Below the pieces are notes generated by a model that was given only the letters and a program-made list of their open reading frames with translations, made no database searches and was not told where the DNA came from. The position numbers and the translations under genes were made by a program. A stretch of 34,864 nt of DNA from a virus (Duplodnaviria; Caudoviricetes): positions 1-34,864 of IMG/VR virus record IMGVR_UViG_3300020045_005593; one strand, written 5' to 3'. Each line of letters begins with the position of its first letter. Positions within the stretch are counted from its first letter, which is position 1. Positions 9,317 to 16,471 of this stretch are shown here, in pieces.

Positions 9317-9646
9317 TTTTTTTTTAGTTTCCGGCTGTGTTGGTACATCTTTAATTAAAGAATTTACAAACGCAGTATTAAAACTTTGTAAAACTTCAAC
9401 AGTACTATCATCTATCCAATTTATAACGTCTTGTAATACAAAATCAGGGTCTTTTCCTTCACGTACGTATCCATAAGAACAAGAATGATACATCATTAAA
9501 GGCAGCCATTTAAAAGGATTTGCAACTCTTAAACGGTCAAAATCTGACATGTCCGTATTTGTTTCGTCTAATAGTCTACCTAAAAAACCTAAACCAAAAT
9601 AGAAATCTCTATATTTACCACCTATATGTAAATTTATTTTTTTCAT
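9302..9646 (-). CDS. Tail assembly chaperone (gpG-like)
   Basis: 114 aa between tail tube and tape measure, ending KKKVTTK over a slippery A9 run. Confidence 0.8.
   Translation of the reverse strand: MKKINLHIGGKYRDFYFGLGFLGRLLDETNTDMSDFDRLRVANPFKWLPLMMYHSCSYGYVREGKDPDFVLQDVINWIDDSTVEVLQSFNTAFVNSLIKDVPTQPETKKKVTTK
9317..9325 (-). other. Programmed -1 ribosomal frameshift site (A9)
   Basis: ACT AAA AAA AAA GTA; a -1 shift joins the next ORF without a stop. Confidence 0.8.
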
Positions 9647-9648
9647 AA

Positions 9649-10095
9649 TTATATTAATTCAGCTTTCCAATATCCAGAACCTAAATGAATGAATCTATAT
9701 GATATGTTTGCAGCTACTGAAACATTTGTACTTTGACTAGATACGCCATTCGGAGACAAAACCGATGTTCCCGCTTGGTTTCCTCTTACCGCAAAAGCAT
9801 TAGCGTTATTAGCGGCAAATACAAGTACTTCTTTTCCTATTATATCAGTAGTTGGCAGTACTACTTTGTCAGTAGCTCCGGTTGTAGTCACGGTGTTTAA
9901 ATCGTAACTTAAAATTTCGTATAAGGAAACGTCTGTAGCCTCAACACTTCCTGCTGTTTTTACTGGTGCTTGTTGATCTACATAATCAACAACGGCTTTT
10001 AAATTAGTTCCAACATCTGTTGGAGTTATTCCTGCGGGCGTAGTTTCGTTTGTTATTTGGCTATCAATTTGCGCCTTTAATGCTGTATTTGTCAT
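9649..10095 (-). CDS. Probable tail decoration / short fibre protein
   Basis: N-terminal helical LKAQIDSQITNETTPAGITPTDVG..L..VVD and C-terminal beta domain with VVLP motif; sits between tail tube and chaperone. Confidence 0.6.
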   Translation of the reverse strand: MTNTALKAQIDSQITNETTPAGITPTDVGTNLKAVVDYVDQQAPVKTAGSVEATDVSLYEILSYDLNTVTTTGATDKVVLPTTDIIGKEVLVFAANNANAFAVRGNQAGTSVLSPNGVSSQSTNVSVAANISYRFIHLGSGYWKAELI

Positions 10096-10110
10096 TTTAT
10101 TGATTTAAAG

Positions 10111-10152
10111 TTAAGCAAATTCACTGCTAAAAACATTATTGAAAACGCTAGT
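10111..10152 (-). other. In-frame extension after the UGA stop (TSVFNNVFSSEFA), readthrough candidate
   Basis: GCC TGA ACT AGC GTT TTC AAT AAT GTT TTT AGC AGT GAA TTT GCT TAA. Confidence 0.55.
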
Positions 10153-10596
10153 TCAGGCGTTCGGATCTACTAAAACAATAGCTCCATCTCCGTCAATGGT
10201 CGCGCTAAACGTAGATACTTCGTCACCACTTCCAAAAGTCGCATTTAAATCAGTAATATAGCCACTACCGTAGTATTTTACACTTGTTGCATCGTCAATA
10301 TTAGTGTCTAATTTCCACTCAACTAATGTTTTGGCTTGTTGAATTAAGAATAATGCGTCATGTGATTGTTTGGCTGTATCCCCCCCAACAGTCGTAGTGT
10401 CGATATATTCACCTTCGGCATCAATACTATAATCAAATGATCCCGGTGTTTTCTTTGTTACGCCCGGATAACATTTAGTATTTGATGTTATCATTGAAAC
10501 AGTTGTATTTAAACTGTTTGAAGTTAAACAAGCTACTGGCTTATAGGCAGCACCTGTATAAACGTAGATTATTCCTTTTTCGCCTTTAATGCTCAT
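10153..10596 (-). CDS. Major tail tube protein
   Basis: 147 aa with YYGSGYITDLNATFGSGDEVSTFSATIDGDG, typical of siphovirus tail tubes; canonical position. Confidence 0.88.
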   Translation of the reverse strand: MSIKGEKGIIYVYTGAAYKPVACLTSNSLNTTVSMITSNTKCYPGVTKKTPGSFDYSIDAEGEYIDTTTVGGDTAKQSHDALFLIQQAKTLVEWKLDTNIDDATSVKYYGSGYITDLNATFGSGDEVSTFSATIDGDGAIVLVDPNA

Positions 10597-10635
10597 TTTG
10601 ATAAGTTTTTAAATTATTATGTAAATATACTATTT

Positions 10636-11037
10636 TTATTCTAATGTTAATACAACACGTATAAAATTTCTATAAACTGTTTGTGTTGATGTGCTTGCGT
10701 CTAAATTACTAGGAAATTCAAAAGTACGATTTAAAACAGTATATCCGGTAACTTCTATATTTTCAATTAATGCTAAAATAGCCGTTTCCATGTCGTCATT
10801 AGCTAATCTACTACCAACATTTCCAGCACCATTATAAATACAAACTAAATCCAATAATGTAGCAACTTCCCAACGATATGCGCATTTATTTGCTTTATCA
10901 ATACTTTTGTCTTGTGTTGAAATAATTACGTATTTAGTAGGATTTAATTTTCCCGTCACTTGTGTATCAAAACAAGAATATGAAGCGTTAATTGCGTCAT
11001 AAATAGCTTTTCTAATATGTTTATTTGGATTTACCAT
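10636..11037 (-). CDS. Tail terminator / completion protein
   Basis: 133 aa directly upstream of the tail tube; IRKAIYDAI..FD...P.KYVII pattern. Confidence 0.7.
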   Translation of the reverse strand: MVNPNKHIRKAIYDAINASYSCFDTQVTGKLNPTKYVIISTQDKSIDKANKCAYRWEVATLLDLVCIYNGAGNVGSRLANDDMETAILALIENIEVTGYTVLNRTFEFPSNLDASTSTQTVYRNFIRVVLTLE

Positions 11038-11449
11038 ACTTGTTTAGTACTTTTTCTAATTTTTCTAAATATTCTTTTCGTCCGCGTAATAATGATGGGT
11101 ATAAATATGGCCTAGCTCTTAAATTTACTTCTTTAACTCCTTTGCCCTTAAATAACCAAGCCTGTTCTTTTAGTTCGTTAGGAACTTGAACTAATCCACC
11201 CGTACCAAATTCTACATAAGCCGCATAAGGTGCTACCGTTCCGCCTGCTTCAATTTTCCAATGTGTTTTATCAACTTCTCGAGCTTTTATAGATTGTCCT
11301 AATTTACCAAAGTTTGCCGGAGCTTCACTCTTTGCGTAGCTTTCAATTTTTCTTGCAACTAATTCAGTAACTCCTTCAATATCTTTTTCAGCTTCTTTTC
11401 CGTACTTTCTTAGGTTTGATATAACAGTATTAATCCCTTTGAGTTCCAT
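11021..11449 (-). CDS. HK97 gp10-like tail completion protein
   Basis: AP...GKLGQSI, YAAYVEFGT, ARPYLYP. Likely start MELKG at 11449. Confidence 0.88.
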   Translation of the reverse strand: MELKGINTVISNLRKYGKEAEKDIEGVTELVARKIESYAKSEAPANFGKLGQSIKAREVDKTHWKIEAGGTVAPYAAYVEFGTGGLVQVPNELKEQAWLFKGKGVKEVNLRARPYLYPSLLRGRKEYLEKLEKVLNKYGKSK

Positions 11450-11756
11450 ATATTTCAATATCAATATTATTCAAATCCATATTCAAAATAGAATCAATAT
11501 TATAAATTAAACCGTTGTATTTAATGAAATTATCTTTTACTGATAAATCAATATCGTAGCGATTACGGACAGTAAATACAGTTTGAACAAAGTTATCATT
11601 TTGACCGTTTTCATTCTGTCTATACGCTCGTTTAGTAGTTACATTTGCCCATACTGAATAAACCAAAGCAGTAGTTACAGTATTACCACCATAACCATCA
11701 GGAACTGTTGTAGTTTTCCATATTCCTATTGCTTTTGTGTATTTACGCGCTATCAT
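11430..11756 (-). CDS. Head closure protein (SPP1 gp16-like)
   Basis: PDGYGG, VWANV, FTVR, YNGLIYNIDSI. Confidence 0.85.
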   Translation of the reverse strand: MIARKYTKAIGIWKTTTVPDGYGGNTVTTALVYSVWANVTTKRAYRQNENGQNDNFVQTVFTVRNRYDIDLSVKDNFIKYNGLIYNIDSILNMDLNNIDIEIYGTQRD

Positions 11757-11917
11757 TTTTTATCTTTATTAAAAGTAATCCAAAAACCAACAAAAAATAA
11801 TTTTATTTCAATCAATAAAAAAGTATATCCGTAACCTTGTGGAATATCGCAATCAAAGGACAATACGAATCCTAAAAACTTTTTTGAAGTATAAAAATAG
11901 CTTTTTCTAGTTATCAT
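11753..11917 (-). CDS. Small hydrophobic protein (54 aa) between neck genes
   Basis: MITRKSYFYTSKKFLGFVLSFDCDIPQGYGYTFLLIEIKLFFVGFWITFNKDKK, with ATGA overlaps at both ends. Not in the ORF track. Confidence 0.6.
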   Translation of the reverse strand: MITRKSYFYTSKKFLGFVLSFDCDIPQGYGYTFLLIEIKLFFVGFWITFNKDKK

Positions 11918-12372
11918 ACAAATCTTCTATTTACGTCAATTGCTTGCATTACTGATAAAGGAATTAAAGTGCTGTTTTGTTGTGTTTCGCTTTCATAGAA
12001 ATACACTTTAAGTAATTGTAAAGCCGCATCGATTAACTCATTTGGTATATCATCAACATCGGTATAACCTAATGTTAAAACAACCGATCCGCTAACTGTT
12101 GGAACAATTGCGTTTGTTTGTCGATATTGAATATCTAATAAAGTAACGGTATTATCAATAGGATAATCATACACAATAACACTATTAACTAAAGCGCATG
12201 AATAATAAATTTTATTGCGAGTTTTAAATATATGTCCCGTTCTTTTTTCAATAAACGACAAAGAACTTTTAATCATACTTGTAATTTCCGCATCCGTTTC
12301 TGTTTGCAAAGTATCTATTTTTAAGTATAATTTTGCTTGTGCTAAAGAAATAACATCTGTATATGCTGTCAT
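11914..12372 (-). CDS. Head-tail connector (HK97 gp6 / SPP1 gp15-like)
   Basis: ISLAQAKLYLKID...D.EI..MI....FIEKRTG and IP.ELIDAALQLLKVYFYE. Confidence 0.88.
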   Translation of the reverse strand: MTAYTDVISLAQAKLYLKIDTLQTETDAEITSMIKSSLSFIEKRTGHIFKTRNKIYYSCALVNSVIVYDYPIDNTVTLLDIQYRQTNAIVPTVSGSVVLTLGYTDVDDIPNELIDAALQLLKVYFYESETQQNSTLIPLSVMQAIDVNRRFV

Positions 12373-12521
12373 TATTTTTTAGTTTTAGGTTCTTTAATCG
12401 CCACCACATACCAATTCATTGCTTTTGCATCTTCATCAGATAATTCAATTGTGTCGTCTATTTCGTAGTTTTTCTTTTCTGATATTTTAAAAAACGCTTT
12501 AATTACCTTGTACTTTTTCAT
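12372..12521 (-). CDS. Small conserved-type protein preceding the connector (49 aa)
   Basis: MKKYKVIKAFFKISEKKNYEIDDTIELSDEDAK..., the small-gene type that often follows major capsid genes; TAATG overlap. Not in the ORF track. Confidence 0.7.
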   Translation of the reverse strand: MKKYKVIKAFFKISEKKNYEIDDTIELSDEDAKAMNWYVVAIKEPKTKK

Positions 12522-12808
12522 AAATTAGATGTTAAATTATCCATTAAATCATTGATGTTTTCTAAAACTTCTTTGTTAAATTCTGTAGATTTTGCTCCAA
12601 ATGATTTATCAGAATTTATTTTTAATAATATATCTGAATAAATTTTTGTAAATAATTCACCGTCTTTTATGCCGCATATTTGCAAATATTTAAGATAACA
12701 TTCGATAAAAAACTGTTCACTTGTTGTACCGTAATTTGTTCTTTTACTATCTGTTTTTTGAAGCCATAAAGCCTGATTTATTTTATAATCAGAATATTTT
12801 AGTATCAT
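12518..12808 (-). CDS. Hypothetical protein
   Basis: 96-aa ORF with its own promoter and an ATGA overlap downstream. Confidence 0.65.
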   Translation of the reverse strand: MILKYSDYKINQALWLQKTDSKRTNYGTTSEQFFIECYLKYLQICGIKDGELFTKIYSDILLKINSDKSFGAKSTEFNKEVLENINDLMDNLTSNL

Positions 12809-12827
12809 AAGATTAATTTTTATTAGT

Positions 12828-12876
12828 CAAATATACAAAATAATTTGTTTTATATTAAAAAAGATTTATATATTTG
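12828..12876. promoter_or_regulatory. Divergent promoter pair
   Basis: TATATTTG on minus at 12828-12835 and on plus at 12869-12876 (TTTG at about 12844). Confidence 0.7.
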
Positions 12877-12921
12877 TATCAGCATAAACGTATGAAGATA
12901 TACGTTACTATTTAAAAACTC

Positions 12922-12949
12922 AAAGACCTCCATAACGGGGGTCTTTTTT
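12922..12949 (+). terminator. Terminator within the leader of 12963..13277
   Basis: AAAGACCTCC-ATAAC-GGGGGTCTTT followed by further Ts. Confidence 0.65.
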
Positions 12950-12962
12950 AATTTATAGTATT

Positions 12963-13277
12963 ATGAAAAACAAATTTAAAATTATCGTAGATATTTTATT
13001 TAAAAATAAAACCTACGTAGAAAAGCCAACAACGCCTGTTGTTATTGAAAAAGAATGTAAAGTTAATTCTTTATTAGGAAGAGTAATTGTTAATGACGAA
13101 AATTCAATTCCAGACGAAATTGCATTTAAAAACGCTGTTAACGAGATTTTTAAAGGAAATTTAATAATGGATTTTGTGTCTAAGAGAAAAATTCCATTTA
13201 TGAATAGCGATACTTTTTTAAGAAACGAAAAGAAAACAGTTTACGAAGTTGAGTTATTTTTAATTAAAAAAATATAA
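12963..13277 (+). CDS. Hypothetical protein (moron-like)
   Basis: 104-aa ORF opposite to the late operon, with promoter and terminator. Confidence 0.65.
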   Translation: MKNKFKIIVDILFKNKTYVEKPTTPVVIEKECKVNSLLGRVIVNDENSIPDEIAFKNAVNEIFKGNLIMDFVSKRKIPFMNSDTFLRNEKKTVYEVELFLIKKI

Positions 13278-13281
13278 CATT

Positions 13282-13488
13282 ATGGAAAATTTTATATTAA
13301 AGTTAGAGGAAAGTGGATATATAAAAGAAACTTTTTTTTATAAAACTGATAATGACGAAAATGATAAATATATTTGGGTAAAAGATAATATTGCTATATA
13401 TTTTGATTGGACTACTAAATTATGGTATAAATCTAATTACGATGAATTGAATTATAATAGTGGATTACCTTATGATAATGTTATTTAA
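13282..13488 (+). CDS. Hypothetical protein (moron-like)
   Basis: 68-aa acidic/aromatic ORF, very AT-rich. Confidence 0.55.
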   Translation: MENFILKLEESGYIKETFFYKTDNDENDKYIWVKDNIAIYFDWTTKLWYKSNYDELNYNSGLPYDNVI

Positions 13489-13490
13489 AT

Positions 13491-13519
13491 AAAAAACCCT
13501 CCGATTAAAGAGGGTTTTT
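13491..13519. terminator. Bidirectional terminator after the major capsid gene
   Basis: AAAAACCCTC-loop-GAGGGTTTTT between convergent genes. Confidence 0.8.
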
Positions 13520-13544
13520 AAAATTAACTAATTCAACCAAAAAA

Positions 13545-14693
13545 TTATACTGCTGTAAAATCTCCGTAGATGATAGCTGCTGGTTGTTCAACTGCTAATC
13601 CTACTTGCGCTTCGATACGTGCTGTAATGTTATTTGTTACAAAGTTTGTTCCTTCAGTTTCACTAAATTCCAAAGATAAGCCTTCTGTAACAATCTTATT
13701 AACGCGTGACCAATCACCAACATAATATTTATTAGCTGCCAACCAATTCGCTTTTAACAACGGAATTCCATTGATACGTAATTGACCGCCTTCTAAAGTT
13801 ACAATACCCGGCAAACCGTATCCTGCACCTGTTGATTTCTCAGTTTTCAAAATATCCCAATAATCAGCAGGACGCAACACAATTCCATTAACTGGGTAAT
13901 TTAACCCCTCTTGTTTTGCGATTTCGTTCAAAAGCATTTCAATTTTATTTTTTCCTGTGATAATCTCAGTTGATGCAGTTGCAGCACCAGCCAAAACAGT
14001 ATTAAAGATTGAATTTTCAGCAATTGCGTAATCTCTACGCAAAGCATTTGGAATAAATGAAGTTAAGAAAGGCAAGTTATTAGCCATCTTTTTGCTGTAT
14101 CTTGTGAATCCTGCAATAAAGTTTGTAGCTAAATCAACCATTGTAAAGTCGTAATCTCTTTGAGATTTAGAAGACCCTTCTGTTTGAGCGGCAATAGATC
14201 CTTCTCCAACTCCTTCACGTGGATATGTATAAGTACCACCGGCAATGTTAACGCTTCCAACCAAATCAGAAACGTTAACTAATTGACCTGGAATCATTAC
14301 AACATTGTTGTTATAAACTCTAGGCTCGTCTCCGGTTAGATTAGCTCCTAAAGTCATGTTTCCTACTACTTTAGTTTGTAGCGCATTTCCTTTTCTAACT
14401 TCTGAAATACCTTTGAAGTTTGTTTCAATTGATTTAACCAAAAAATCTTCGCTTTTAGTTTCTACGGCTTTTTCTTGCAGTTTCAAATCTAATTTATCAG
14501 CATGAGCTTGTACAGCTGCTAATTTAACCTCCAAAGCTTCGGTAACTGTTTTTAATTCTGACTCAAATTGCGTTTTATTTGATGCGCTTAATTTAGTTTC
14601 AAAAGCATCAATCGCGCTTTTTACTTCTGAGGCTGTTTTTGTTTCTAAGCCTGATTTAATGTTTGCCAATTCGGCTAATAATTTCTCGTCCAT
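13545..14693 (-). CDS. Major capsid protein, HK97 type
   Basis: Coiled-coil delta domain, EGSSKSQRD, GIVLRPADY, INGIP, YVGDW, FVTNNITARIEAQVGLAVEQPAAI. Confidence 0.95.
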   Translation of the reverse strand: MDEKLLAELANIKSGLETKTASEVKSAIDAFETKLSASNKTQFESELKTVTEALEVKLAAVQAHADKLDLKLQEKAVETKSEDFLVKSIETNFKGISEVRKGNALQTKVVGNMTLGANLTGDEPRVYNNNVVMIPGQLVNVSDLVGSVNIAGGTYTYPREGVGEGSIAAQTEGSSKSQRDYDFTMVDLATNFIAGFTRYSKKMANNLPFLTSFIPNALRRDYAIAENSIFNTVLAGAATASTEIITGKNKIEMLLNEIAKQEGLNYPVNGIVLRPADYWDILKTEKSTGAGYGLPGIVTLEGGQLRINGIPLLKANWLAANKYYVGDWSRVNKIVTEGLSLEFSETEGTNFVTNNITARIEAQVGLAVEQPAAIIYGDFTAV

Positions 14694-14694
14694 T

Positions 14695-15354
14695 TTATTT
14701 AAGGATTAAAGAGTTTGTAAATGATTTTAACGTGTCCAAAATAAGCGGCTGTTCAATCAAAGTGTCAGTTTCTGACGGCTCTTTAGAAAGTGCTTTTAAT
14801 AAGTTTTCAATTTGTTTTAAACGTTCGTCTGAATAATCCAAATTGTATGATTTTTCTATTAATGACAATATTCCATAGTGTGATTTAATTCCTTTAATAT
14901 CTTGAACTGTTGCCAACTCATTAGCCGCCCAACTAGATAAAAACGAATATTCCATTAGTTTATATTCGTCAATGATGTTTTTGTTTTTAATATTTCTTTG
15001 CATTACTTTATATCCAATGCTTAATTCAGCATTTAGACCAGTTTCATGCATTAACTTAACATCTGTAAACATGTCTTTTCCTAATGGTTTATTCATGTTA
15101 AATTGCGATGTAGTTAATAATCCGTAAGGATCTTTTGTGTCAATAGACAAAGGAACTCCAATCATCATAGTCGGATTGTGATCTTTTAATACACGAATGC
15201 GTTTAAAATTTTCGCTAACTGTTTTATCAAATGAACCAAACGCGCTTATATCTCCATCGCTATCAATGTTATTATAAACGTTAGCATAAGCAACTACAAC
15301 GCCTTTTTTATCGTCTAATTCTTTTAAATCGTAAGCAATTTGTTTAAATTCCAT
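14695..15354 (-). CDS. HK97-family prohead protease
   Basis: YANVYNNIDSDGD, LKDH, LSIGY, LMEYS...AAN. Confidence 0.93.
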   Translation of the reverse strand: MEFKQIAYDLKELDDKKGVVVAYANVYNNIDSDGDISAFGSFDKTVSENFKRIRVLKDHNPTMMIGVPLSIDTKDPYGLLTTSQFNMNKPLGKDMFTDVKLMHETGLNAELSIGYKVMQRNIKNKNIIDEYKLMEYSFLSSWAANELATVQDIKGIKSHYGILSLIEKSYNLDYSDERLKQIENLLKALSKEPSETDTLIEQPLILDTLKSFTNSLILK

Positions 15355-15358
15355 AATA

Positions 15359-15366
15359 CAAATATA
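15359..15366 (-). promoter_or_regulatory. -7 element TATATTTG, 4 nt before the protease ATG
   Basis: caaatata at 15359-15366; ATG at 15354. Confidence 0.65.
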
Positions 15367-15398
15367 TAAAATTATTTTTATTTAGTCTAAATAACTAA

Positions 15399-16130
15399 TT
15401 ATTTTTTTATTTTTCTTATTGGTAATCCGTTTTCATCTTCTTTTACCGTAAATACAACTTTACAACGACAATTTATAATGTTACCCGCTTTGCCTTTCAT
15501 GTCTCCCGGATATTCTAATTCTTCACCACCTACAAAAAACTTGTCAAATTCACCAACCTTTTGACCATTCATGTCTAAGTGATCAAATATTTTTCTACGC
15601 GTTCTATTATCTTGAACAGAAATCCACGTCTTTTCTAAAACTAATTCCGAACTTTGAGCCGCTAAAATAGTCGCGTAATTTGTTGCTGTTGTGGTTTCTG
15701 TTCTTGCAATTCTTAAGGCCTGAGTTTTATACCATCCAAATTTACGCTGCAAATTTCGTGTTATTTCAGCAATAGAAATATTATCTTCATATCCTTTTGC
15801 AATAACTCCAATAATAGACTCAATTAATGTTTGATGCACTGAAACAATTCTTAATCCCGCATTTGTATTAAGCCATTGTGAAATAATACTTTCAAAATCT
15901 ATTTCAGCTTTTAACGTCTTTTCAATTCGCTTTAAATGCGGTTTACCTAAAGTTGTATATATTTCTAAATACATTTCTTTAATTTGCTTTTCAGTCACAT
16001 TTCCATAAATCAAAGGCTCGAATGTTAATTTACTCATGTTATTAAACGGTATTCCATTTACGATTTTAAGTATATTACGTTTTATAATTCTATACGCTGT
16101 TATTTCCTGCCTTTGTCTAAGCTTGTCCAT
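15399..16130 (-). CDS. Minor head / head morphogenesis protein (SPP1 gp7, Mu gpF-like)
   Basis: RIARTET, KTW...DNRTR...H..MNGQ, YPGD...NIINCRC. Confidence 0.9.
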   Translation of the reverse strand: MDKLRQRQEITAYRIIKRNILKIVNGIPFNNMSKLTFEPLIYGNVTEKQIKEMYLEIYTTLGKPHLKRIEKTLKAEIDFESIISQWLNTNAGLRIVSVHQTLIESIIGVIAKGYEDNISIAEITRNLQRKFGWYKTQALRIARTETTTATNYATILAAQSSELVLEKTWISVQDNRTRRKIFDHLDMNGQKVGEFDKFFVGGEELEYPGDMKGKAGNIINCRCKVVFTVKEDENGLPIRKIKK

Positions 16131-16132
16131 TG

Positions 16133-16423
16133 TTATTTATAAGTCAAATTTGAAAAAGTTTTCCCAGATTCTGTCATTATATAATTTTTTTGATTAAAAT
16201 ACAATGGTATCGGTTCAAAATCATTAGTCATTACAAAAGCATAACAATTCTTTGTGTAGTTGTCAGACGTTGAATCTAAGTCGGCTACGTGATTATATCC
16301 AAAGACTTTTAAAAAAGTTTCTTGGAATAATTCTGGTTCTTCAAATCTGTGAATTATACTATACTGTATTCCTAAAGCATAATTCGTTTGATTGTTTTCT
16401 ATAATCTTTCTAAGTGCAAACAT
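16133..16423 (-). CDS. Hypothetical protein between portal and minor head genes
   Basis: 96 aa, MFALRKI...YIMTESGKTFSNL. Confidence 0.7.
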   Translation of the reverse strand: MFALRKIIENNQTNYALGIQYSIIHRFEEPELFQETFLKVFGYNHVADLDSTSDNYTKNCYAFVMTNDFEPIPLYFNQKNYIMTESGKTFSNLTYK

Positions 16424-16471
16424 TGTGTGTGTGTATTAATTTTCCCTACTCGTTAGCTTTTCGGTTTCCGC

